From NCBI GenBank assembly GCA_000934665.2, contig JYFJ02001598.1, positions 55,324 through 75,323 on the forward strand: a stretch of DNA of 20,000 nt, written 5' to 3'. The translations under genes and the position numbers were made by a program. Below, one piece after another: positions 11,153-19,906 of the stretch (position 1 is the stretch's first letter; the number at the start of each line of letters is the position of its first letter). Source of the stretch: Catajapyx aquilonaris. Its lineage: Eukaryota. The notes beneath the pieces are model-generated. The model saw only the letters and a list, made by a program, of their open reading frames with translations, did no database searches and had not been told where the DNA came from.

Positions 11153-11280
11153 GGCGGAAAGGTGGTGTAGTGGCTAAAATCACAGCCTTCTGCGTCTGAG
11201 GTTCCGTGTTCGATCCCCGTTGCAATGCGTTGGCTCACTTGACTGCAAGAGAGAACCTTCGGTTTGCAGGACACAATCGG
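11153..11280 (+). mobile_element. tRNA-derived SINE (head region)
   Basis: A box TGGTGTAGTGG (11163-11173) and B box GTTCGATCC (11208-11216) at tRNA-like spacing. Imperfect acceptor and anticodon stems rule out a functional tRNA. The 3' boundary is uncertain. Confidence 0.6.
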
Positions 11281-11356
11281 TCACAGTAGTACTACCTTGA
11301 CGCATTGATCAGTAGAAGTTGTAAAATTTCCCTCTCTACGGACGTAATCTGGATTA

Positions 11357-11981
11357 CAGGGGTTAGACAAAATAATGGGGCCCCCTGCAAAAAGTGAGTG
11401 AGTTTTCTCCTCCATTGTACTCGAAAACTGGAAAGGGTACAGAGATGACCTTTACTGATTTTTGAAGCTCTGTCGATGAACATTTACAGACATGAAGATG
11501 ACCCAAAAATCCCAAGACGAGGTGAAGAAACAAAAAAACGAACGCTACCCCCTCCCCCCCAGACCATTTTTGACCAACGTGTCCCACCCTTTTCATTTGA
11601 AAACGAAAACAGTTACAGATATGAATTTTACTGGGTTTTGAAGCTCTATCGGTGTCACTTTGTGCGGTACAGAGATGCACCAAAATTACTAACAGGGGAG
11701 GGGGGGAAAATAGAAACGACACTCCCCTTCCCAGGCACTGCTTGAATGCAAACAATGGCAAATTTTTGTCCCACTGCTAGTTAATGCTAACTTAGCAGTA
11801 CCAGTGCCAAATATGGTACTGGTAAGTTAGTACATGTAGTAACTAGCAGTGGGACGAAAATTCGACCCAATCTTGCTATACATTATTTTGTCCAACCTCT
11901 TTTCAGACAGATTTCGAGTTCAATGAAGGAGAAAATTCACCCTCTTTTTGCAGGGGGCCACGTTATTTTGTCTAATCCCTG
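11357..11981. mobile_element. Tc1-like MITE, 625 bp, 74-bp TIRs
   Basis: TA|CAGGGGTTAGACAAAATAATGGGGCCCCCTGCAAAAAG... versus ...CTTTTTGCAGGGGGCCACGTTATTTTGTCTAATCCCTG|TA: 65/74 identity, ungapped. Internal imperfect direct repeat at about 11437-11510 and 11611-11688. Confidence 0.92.
11757..11867. repeat. Long hairpin inside the Tc1-like MITE
   Basis: Outer stem 11761-11783 / 11840-11862 matches 22/23. Inner stem CTAACTTAGCAGTACCA / TGGTACTGGTAAGTTAG matches 16/17. CAAT flanks the unit on both sides. Confidence 0.85.
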
Positions 11982-13090
11982 TATATATACTGTATACTTT
12001 ACGTATATTTATGTTTCTCTATAAGCGTATTAAAGTTATTTTAGGAGAGTAAACTGTCTGCTTCACTCTGAGTTATATGCTATTCCGAGAAGTTATTATC
12101 CAATCGTATAATCAGATGTACATTGTTGTGCAACCACGCATCATCATGAGTGAGCTCGAATGCTTGCTTACGGAAAGTGATTATGCGTAATCAGGAGTAA
12201 TAATTGTAATGATGTTTACACTTCAAACAGGGGTTGAGTGAAACTCCTCTGCTACGCCATGTTATGCCATACCAATATTTTTGTTCGTTATTATTATTAG
12301 TGATTCATCATCATCTTCATCTATGGTAAAGTTTTCTGGAACTTCACACACGTCTGTGTTTCAATAAATATACCCCCTCAAAGGAGTAATATGTGGACCG
12401 CAATCAAATTAACTGCTAATGTCAGGGTGATTGGAATCGTTGTGTTAAAGGTAGAGATGTTATGACCCCCTAAGAGATTTCTGTCGAATGTTATGTGGAA
12501 ATGCGTGCGGAAATTTGTGTCCGATGTGTTTTGAATTTTGAATAATGACAAAATCAGTTGGTTTGCAGGGGTCTACGGAATTGCACACGTGGGGCGAAAC
12601 ACGATGAATTTTGTTATGAGTTCTTGTGTAGACTCAGTGGTCGATAGTAGTGGTCCCAAGTATTGGAAGGCTGGAAGAAACATCTGGTTTTGACTGAAAT
12701 CCGTTTCTACAGAAAGCAACTTTTTGTGCATTATCCCTTTTGGTTCCCAGCTCCCAATATCATATACAGTGGCCGACTGCTCTTATGAGAAGACAGTACT
12801 TCCGGAATACAGACTAGCTCGGGAGTGCAGTGGTAGATAAGGTTTGATTTTCCCAGGATTGAAGTAACAAATTGGCTTTCTCTTACGTCATAAAGGCTAT
12901 CACGGACCATACAAACTTACTTCTGTAGCATGCTTTCTATACGTGCGGTGAAGTTGGGTTGGCCGGATAACTTGATCTCAAGGCAAAGGTGCTGATGGAT
13001 TACCTTAGGTCTATACATTCAGAATTCAAGGCATGCTGGGTGATTCAAGCAATGGGATGGGTAGGGAATTTTACACATTTTGTTACATGA

Positions 13091-14005
13091 GGTTCCATAA
13101 GAGTTCATAAGATAATAATAATAATTGCCCTCGTTGATTATGGCGATTTCTATTCCATCGCGGAGGCAATTATTGGATGTTAATTTTATTTATTTTTTAC
13201 TAACGTGAATAACAGCCTACTCTGCTTCAATGTGTCTTACACTTGATTCAGTTTTCTATTCCATGGAGTGTGGAATCGCAAATCACGCTAACGAGCAACG
13301 CCGTAGTTATAGAAGCAGCAGCGACAGCAAAGTATAACGGGTCTATGACTTTATTGGATGGGGTGGGGGGCAAGAAAAAAAACGCAAATTCTATGTGCAC
13401 AGGACTGACTGAGACTATCACCAAAATAAATTGTTAATAAAAAGTGTTGTCTATTAATAGTATTATAAAATGAATATTACTGAGAGAAATATTACCCTGA
13501 CAAGCAAATTAATTATTATAACGATGCGAGGAGAGGAATCCTATACGTGTATTGCTGACGCTACAGAATAGTTTGCATCTGGGTTTTTATAGTTATGCAG
13601 TGAGCGTGGTAAGAAACACATGTGAATCAAGTGTCAAAGACGAGGAGGAAGGGCCCGATCCCAGATGGATAAGTACGTTCGTTACCATGGAGCAATATGA
13701 AACTTAGGAGAGACTTACAAGTGTGAACATTAATGAGACATTTTTGGGATTATACCTAATTGTAGATCAAAGTGATGTAGGACTTGAAAGAGGAATTGTG
13801 GCATATCTAGGAAATTCGGGGCTAGATTTGTCACAATGCCGCGCCCATGGATGCTATGAAGCCGTATAGTAGTGAGCGCCATGTATTGAGGAGTACAAAG
13901 CTAGGATTACAGCGAAAGGAAGAAGCTAGAAGCAGAGACTTTTGTGCACAACTTCAGTTCAGCTAGTAATTGCTAGATGCTGTGTCAATAATGTTCCAGC
14001 GGTTA
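13091..14005 (+). pseudogene. Decayed hAT transposase (ZMYM1/THAP12-like subfamily), part 1
   Basis: From 13723: VNINETFLGLYLIVDQSDVGLERGIVAYLGNSGLDLSQCRAHG (cf. IxExFLGF...GLDLxxCRGQGYDGA), followed by frameshifted GVQARI and NNVPAV. Weaker upstream motifs occur in the expected order: IRVH...YGDFYSI (cf. FRGH...GNFL) and SYTCIADAT at about 13539 (cf. FSIIADET). Confidence 0.72.
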
Positions 14006-14120
14006 TAAGGGTTGGGCAAAATGTATGGCATGATTTGAATCAAGTGGTACTATGATGCTGTTTGAGCATGCAGGGGATATTGGCATGTGCTGGAGTGGGG
14101 AAGGTTTGCCATTTGCAAAA

Positions 14121-14330
14121 ATGGTGTCGTGGTCGCCAGAGCACTGTGAATTCTTTGTGGAGACTTATTTTAAAATTAACGAGTTCCCCATAGCTCTACG
14201 AAGGATATTTCTTAGCCATTTTGAACTGGGATATCAGGACGAAGTCATCAACCACCAGACAAACATAAGGTGGGTGAAGCAATTCCTGAACACATCATCA
14301 TGCCTGGACCAGAATAGCACTGTCCAAGGA
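14121..14330 (+). pseudogene. Transposase N-terminal fragment (DUF4817 HTH), left arm
   Basis: MVSWSPEHCEFFVETYFKINEFPIALRRIFLSHFELGYQDEVINHQTNIRWVKQF matches the WSxEHRxFxVExYFK...F...P...I.RWVKxF pattern. Homology stops at the GRPR-equivalent codons. Confidence 0.82.
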
Positions 14331-14351
14331 GTCCTTGGACAGTGCTATTCT
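14311..14351. repeat. Perfect 41-bp palindrome
   Basis: AGAATAGCACTGTCCAAGGA-G-TCCTTGGACAGTGCTATTCT: 20-bp exact arms with a 1-nt centre. Confidence 0.97.
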
Positions 14352-14424
14352 AGGACACAACGGACCCCCACCCAAAGGGTATTCAACGCACAACTCCGAA
14401 TTCCTGGGCTATTGGCCGTTCCAA

Positions 14425-14840
14425 GCGTCCAAAAAGGTTCTTCGGGCCACTTTGTCCCTTGCTTTCAATTGTTGCACAGCTGGATCTTGTAAGGATATAA
14501 GTGCAGGACATCATGGATGATGTAGCACAGGGAGTGTGCCAACATTCATAGTGCCAAGGCGTGCCTAACTGCTGATCACTAAGGACTTCGGAGGAGCGCA
14601 TTGTGGACATCTTGGGAGGGTTGGCTATGTCCTTGGATGTCCAGTGCTTTTTTTGGTTTCTGATGCTGTGCCCTGGAACTGCTTCACCCCCCTTATGATT
14701 GCCTGATGGTCGGGGACTTGGTTCTGACGTCCCAGCCCAAAATGGTGAAGAAAGATCCTTCGCACAGCTCTGGTGGAGTCATTATTTTTAAAATAAATCT
14801 CCATGATGACTGCACGGTGCTTTGCAGACCAAGACACCAT
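14425..14840 (-). pseudogene. Transposase N-terminal fragment (DUF4817 HTH + second HTH), right arm
   Basis: MVSWSAKHRAVIMEIYFKNND...VPDHQAIIRGVKQFQGTAS...STGHPRT, then with stops and frameshifts LRSP**SAVRHALAL...IIHDVLHLYPYKIQL and QQLKARDKVARRTF (cf. SPRRS...ILHxDLHxxPYKIQxVQxL). Confidence 0.85.
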
Positions 14841-14957
14841 TTTTGCAAATGGCAAACCTTCCTTACTCCAGCACATGCCCATATCCCTTGCATGCTCAAA
14901 CAGCACCACCGTACCACGTGATTCAAATCATGCCATACATTTTGCCCAACCCTGATA

Positions 14958-15037
14958 CTTATATACGATTTTGAAATTCGTATTTTGAAAGTTGTGGAAT
15001 ATTTGTAAATATTTTTAGTGGCAGCTTCACACGATGA
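14958..15037 (+). pseudogene. Decayed hAT transposase, part 2 (continuation after the insertion)
   Basis: Frameshifted FE-VVEYL*IF-SGSFTR* resembles the FFxxVQxLYxFFSxSxKRW motif that follows HxLNL in hAT transposases. Confidence 0.55.
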
Positions 15038-15147
15038 CCCTTCCAGTCAGAATTGAGGGGTTTGGTGGGAAAAGGTGATAACCCACAAAAGTGTAATTTT
15101 TCAGGAGAGCGAATATATAAGTTTGCATTCTCTTAACAATCAACCGA

Positions 15148-15417
15148 AGCAGTTTGGAGGAGGGGATATGGTGTCCGACTGCTAATCGGGAGGTCCTGGG
15201 ATCAAATCCCGGGCCGGCAACTCTGACCGTGGTTTTCTGTGGTTTCCCACGGTCCTTCCAGGAAAATTCCGGAGTTGATTCCGTAATTAATAGGCCACAG
15301 CCGCTTCCTTCTGTCCCTATCCTATCCCAAAGAGCACAGTAAAAATGAAAGCAAAGAGTTCCATGCAAAACAAACTTCCCCCCTAAAGAGCCGATAAAGG
15401 CTGATAACGGGGTATGA

Positions 15418-15493
<76 letters not shown>
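15148..15493 (+). mobile_element. tRNA-derived SINE with (ATT)n tail
   Basis: A-box-like TGGAGGAGGGG, anticodon-like arm CCGA-CTGCTAA-TCGG and B box GGATCAAATCC (15199-15209). Then the insect-SINE-like body GGTTTTCTGTGGTTTCCC...TCCAGGAAAATTCCGG...AGGCCACAGCCGCTTCCTT, ending in a simple-repeat tail. Confidence 0.85.
15418..15493. repeat. (ATT)25 microsatellite
   Basis: Uninterrupted ATT repeat, read directly. Confidence 0.98.
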
Positions 15494-15495
<2 letters not shown>

Positions 15496-15888
15496 TCCAC
15501 CCCGCGAGGTTATACATCATTAGGGGGGCAAAAATTTCTTTTAAAAAAATACCAAAGAACATCAAAGAACATGACATATCCCCTGAGTTACAGGCTCCGA
15601 CACTTTGAAGATCTTGGAATAGAGAAGAAAATCCGCGAGAACTCCACCGATACGGATATATGACGGAATGCACGGTATATTTACAGAATCAATAAGGGTG
15701 AAAATCATTTCCTTGGAAAGTTCGTGTATTGATAATACGGACTCTTTCGTCAAAAGAAATATTGCTTATCTATAGTGGCCTGAACCAGCACTTTTTGTTA
15801 CTTGTATACTCAGTGAAGTTATTGAACCGTATTTCTATGTTAAGCAAGACATTCAATACCATATCGTAAGTGTCAAATGGAGTAAAAG

Positions 15889-16644
15889 AGAGCCCTACAG
15901 TTGACTTGGTACAGTTCCTGGGCTCTAGAAATCACACCTTGCGTCAATGTGACAGTGATAAACTGATAATCAATCTTCCAGGCCATGAGTCCCCTCCCAC
16001 TTCCCCTCTTTAGCCTCAGATAGTGGGTATATGCCTGCTCCATCTGACGTAGGTGTAGGATCGGTTTCATTGCTTCGGGAACATCCTGCGGCAGACCATA
16101 CTGGACTAGATCCGATTTGTTCCTACCCTATAAATGGAGGAAGCAACACGTTACGATGTGCCAGCAAAGTTAGCGGCTTCCTGCACATCGAAAAACTCAT
16201 TTCGCCTACCGGAATTTCGAAAATGCTTTCGGCCTAACTTTATTTTATCAAAATTAAGCCTCCCAAGTGAGAGTTGCCCACAGTTTATGGTCAGCCAAAA
16301 GCTGCTTTGCAGCGATTAATAATTCAAGTCGGGGTACCGTACTGGCAATGCATGACACAGAATGTCGTTAATGCAAGAGGCATTAAGATGCCGCTCACTC
16401 TTCGTGACTGTAACTCTACCAATAGATGTAGAATAGGGATTCAATCTGGGACCGTTTATTTCAGTGCTACAGCACGTTTTAGCCTACACCCCCTGATGTC
16501 CTTCGCTCGACGGGTTTTGCATTTTGCAATTGTGAGAGCAACAACCTTCTGGGAAATCAAATCGATGCTTTCGTGCCGCTTGCTTCCTGAACGAATTCAA
16601 CGAATCTCTTGTCACCCTGACGATCTCCTCACGACCGACTCCAC

Positions 16645-16645
<1 letters not shown>
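15889..16645 (+). pseudogene. Decayed 3' end of a Jockey-like LINE ORF2
   Basis: Peptides in order: LQLTWYSSWALEITP (cf. LQ..W..WxIxINP), PSLASDSGYMP...VG, SKLSL, and terminal RIQRISCHPDDLL (cf. RRLKRxHPxDL), immediately followed by a (TAA)n tail. Confidence 0.45.
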
Positions 16646-16726
<81 letters not shown>

Positions 16727-16740
16727 CAACAACAACAACA
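16646..16740. repeat. Compound microsatellite (TAA)26(CAA)5
   Basis: Read directly: TAA at 16646-16723, CAA at 16724-16738. Confidence 0.98.
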
Positions 16741-17404
16741 GCTTATTAAAACTGAATGTAGCCTATAGATATACGTGCCACACCATTTCAAGGATGAACT
16801 AGAGGACACATAAGGAAATAATGGAAGCATATAGTGCCAATGGGGAAGCTCTCGTCATCCAATCAAAGCTCCTCAAATTTTTTTCTCTTTGTGATTGCAT
16901 GGAGATTGCGCTTTCCATTAGCACCTTGCATCCATTATTTTCCTGCATGCCTTGTAACATTAGCGTAGTCCACCAACTGGATGGAAGGACTTTCATAGAG
17001 ATCGAATGTGGCAGGGATAGGGGCACGCTGCACCAACCTACGGGTAAGTATGGTTACGGGGTCTCCCGATACGAAAGCGGAGCCAACTGGATATTCCAAG
17101 GATATTCAGGTCCGGGAATGACTCCACAGTAACGTGACCCTTCATCCTGAACTGTTATGCAACCGCATCCTTGTCGCACGTGGAGCATAACCTGCAGGCG
17201 CAAAAACTACGGCAACTTGGAAAGGCCGACGATGACGTCGCGTCGCACGGGCATGAAACACCCATGACGGTGACGGCGGGTATTCGGCGTTCTAAAAGCG
17301 AGGTTTTGAAGATCTTGAAAGGCTCTGCCAGGAAAGTAGTTAACCTGGCACACCACAGCTCACTTGAGACGATACGTCATCTGGATTCTTATAAGGCTCA
17401 AAAT

Positions 17405-17710
17405 TTCAGCGTTTGAATATGGTGTCCGATGCCATCAACCTACTGCGAATACCCACGGGCTATGACGGCCTCGCGGCTGAATCCATAAATTACATGAGGC
17501 TGCCCGGGGTATAACGTGGCATATGTCATGTCATATGGATGTGAGGATTTGGCCAATTACTGCACGTCAAGGATCCTTGTGACAGGGACAATTTCCCTTC
17601 CAGATTTGAGTTCATAGTTTGGCCTGAAAGGGGTTTGAAAAGCGTTAAATTAATACGTCGGGGAATTTCCGCTCCATACAGACCCCGCAGGAAATGCAGT
17701 CTATATCTCA
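17405..17710 (+). pseudogene. Decayed LINE ORF2 fragment (start of the RT domain)
   Basis: MVSDAINLLRIPTGYDGLAAESINY from 17419 (cf. EVxxAIxxL..KAPGxDGIxAExLK) and KDPCDRDNF at 17569 (cf. KDPxxxxNYRPI), then GFEK. Confidence 0.45.
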
Positions 17711-17865
17711 CGACAGACTATGTCCGTCCCACTCGGCCAAATGTTTGATAGGGGTTTAAAAATTACGCGGATACTGACTAAGAGCTGTGATTTTTATGGA
17801 TTTGCATTGGTGCTGTGCTGATGTGTTGATGCATTTAGTTTTACGTCGCAACCCTGTGAAACAAT

Positions 17866-18279
17866 GAGGCAAGTTACACGGCAGTTTTGTATCACTTCCC
17901 CTTAAACCGCGTTAATTCTGAGCGCTTTCGGTAGGGAGTTACACGAGAGGCCTTGGAGCACCTTAGCCCACCTCCCCCACCTCCTTCCAATTCCCAGCCC
18001 CTCTGGAGTTGTCAGCGTTTTGCGATCCCTGCAATTGCAAAGACACAGCTGGCGACGTATTTTGGAGCGCTCTTGAAGGGTCGTCCAGTTACACGGCAGG
18101 CTTAACCCGCTTCTAATCCCTTGAAGCGATTGTACAAGGTAGTTTATCTTAAGGGCGCTAGCGAACGTCGCTTCGAGTTTTGAAGCGCTTTAGCACAAGT
18201 TACACGACAGCGATGAATCGCTCTACGCGAAGCGGCTCATCCCTGAAAAGTGATGCAAAGCTGCCGTAAAACGTGCCTC
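17866..18279. mobile_element. PIF/Harbinger-like MITE, 414 bp, AAT TSD
   Basis: AAT|GAGGCAAGTTACACGGCAGTTTTGTATCACTT ... AAGTGATGCAAAGCTGCCGTAAAACGTGCCTC|AAT (27/32). Internal AGTTACACG copies at 17937, 18087 and 18198, each preceded by AGCGCT. Confidence 0.75.
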
Positions 18280-18328
18280 AATAAGTTACTTTAGATTTAT
18301 TCTGAGGATGATCGCTTCAGAAATGTAT

Positions 18329-18696
18329 GGTATCACCCCATTTCGCCGCTTTTCGATTTGCCGTCCCCCTAATCGCCGCCGATGATTCATTCCCATTCGC
18401 CGCCTTCGCCATTCGCCGCCTGCGAAACTAGTACACGAAGACGCATCGATTCTCTAAAATGCAATGATTAGTGTGGGGTCGTGACGGGGGGGGGGGGGCC
18501 CNGGGGGACCTGTATCCGCTGAAGATAGGGCTGTATCCGCAAGGAAGGAAGGTTAGGTTAGGTTATGTTGGTACAGCGTACCCCTGCCACATTCGGTCTT
18601 CCTATATATGTAAGCGGCGATATATGGCGACGGCAAGATAACACGGCGGCTAAACTGGAAACGGCATAATGCAAGGCGGCGGTATAGGGTGTATTC
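18329..18696. mobile_element. Mutator-like (MULE) non-autonomous element, 368 bp
   Basis: 9-bp TSD GAAATGTAT (18320-18328) / GAAATATAT (18697-18705) and G...C termini with imperfect TIRs. Arrays of TTCGCCGC on the left and GGCGGC/GGCGAC on the right; central poly-G and GGTTAGGTTAGGTTA. Confidence 0.8.
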
Positions 18697-19499
18697 GAAA
18701 TATATTGTGAGGGACTTGCTGATTATAATGGAGATATCGGTATACTTAATAACATTCTGATATGACTAAAATTCCTGTATGACACCCCACAAATGAGCTT
18801 TGAGCATGTTTTATTTTATATTATAATATTAGGTGACGCCTGGAGAGCCACTTCGTTTTATTTCTAATTGTTTCAGTCCCCATTCCTGACGTTCCCATGA
18901 GCCATTTTAATTTTTGTGTATTTTATGCCTACCTGCATTTTAATTTTCTTGTTTTCTCAGCCTGCGACGACGGTGATACCCGATGACATCCTTGATTTAT
19001 GCCTGTACTTGGCTTGCCCCAGCGCTATCCGGAAATACTCCTGTCATCTTCGACCAAGAGCAATACTAAGGGCACGGGCGGTGTCACGTCAGCACCAATT
19101 CAATTAATTCTGGCCCCATTTCGCTGACGGTGATACGGACAAGGATATCTGGGAGTGCTGTCATGCAAAAATTTTACCAACTTCAGCAACGCCAGCAGCC
19201 CTATTGAGACCAAGATAAGATTTTGGGCGCAGTATTGCACCACCCAATGTCTCCCGTTCAACTCCCTCAAGACCTAGTATCAGTCTAGTACCTTACTCTA
19301 TAGTTTACATTCTGATATTAAGCTGCACTAGTAATCGTAATATTTTGCCTTGCGTATTACATAATTATGTTTTTGTTGAAACTTGTGTCCTATCTTTGAT
19401 TCATCCCTGGGGTACGACCCTTGTTTCCTTCCAGTTGGGTCTTGGGTGTCGTCACTGACTGTCGAGGTAATCGCAATTATTCTGTGGTAGCGTAGGCCC

Positions 19500-19906
19500 A
19501 GTTAAAAGGTCATAATGGGAGAGAAAGACAGAGATCGAAGTGGTTTTGTACAGTCAGGCATTGGGATTGACAGTCAGAGTCTTGGGCCTTCATCTCGACC
19601 CGCGGCTGACTTGGGTATCACACGCCCGCATCGTGAGGGACAAGGTGCGGGCGGCTGACTTGGGTATCACACGCCCGCATCGTGAGGGACAAGGTGCGGG
19701 GGTTGGCGGCCAGGATCTGGAGGGTGGCAGGCCTCAACTGGTGGGTGGCCCCCCGTAGTAGACGTGTGGTGTTGCGAGGGGCCATTTTACCGATGTTGTT
19801 GTTCGGGTCCGAGGTGTGGGGAAGACGTGCAACCGATAAGCGCATCATGTCCAGCCTATATACAGGCGGCCATCCGGCCGATGCTTCTGGCGACTACCAG
19901 GACATA
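19500..19906 (+). pseudogene. R1-clade non-LTR retrotransposon ORF2 fragment (RT C-terminus/thumb)
   Basis: VRVLGLHLDPRLTWVSHARIVRDKVRGLAARIWRVAGLNWWVAPRSRRVVLRGAILPMLLFGSEVW...RPMLLATTRTY matches VKYLGVxLDxxLTFxxH...WG...LYxxxxxPxLxYGAEVW...RxxLLxxTxAY. Frameshifted. Confidence 0.88.
19602..19699. repeat. Exact 49-bp tandem duplication
   Basis: GCGGCTGACTTGGGTATCACACGCCCGCATCGTGAGGGACAAGGTGCGG x2 (19602-19650 and 19651-19699). Confidence 0.97.

Larger units (their letters stand above)
14006..14955. mobile_element. Fold-back Tc1/mariner-superfamily element made of two convergent 5' ends (DUF4817-type transposase)
   Basis: TA TSDs at 14004-14005 and 14956-14957. Ungapped inverted alignment of 14008-14290 with 14953-14671, with gapped homology to 14330. 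Both arms encode a DUF4817-like HTH N-terminus. Confidence 0.9.

Noticed and set aside
11153..11230. Functional tRNA gene (also considered for 15148-15220)
   Set aside because: A and B boxes are present but the acceptor and other stems are broken; better explained as SINE heads.
12228..12261. hAT-like terminus (GGGGTTGA...CTGCTACGCCATG)
   Set aside because: No partner TIR or 8-bp TSD was found.
14052..14492. 146-aa ORF as an intact gene
   Set aside because: It is a chimera of element UTR, truncated HTH, palindrome and antisense right-arm sequence. There is no catalytic domain and divergence is largely non-synonymous.
15027..15608. Poly-Ile/poly-Tyr ORFs (also poly-Leu/Tyr at 16484-16830)
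   Set aside because: These are artefacts of the ATT/TAA microsatellites.
17040..17050. Consensus splice donor GG|GTAAGT
   Set aside because: No credible upstream acceptor or recognisable exon peptide; lies between retroelement relics.
18302..18328. Hammerhead-ribozyme-like core CTGAGGA-TGA...TCA-GAAA
   Set aside because: Stem II is only 3 bp with a non-canonical closing pair, and stems I and III do not form convincingly even after removing the MULE insertion.
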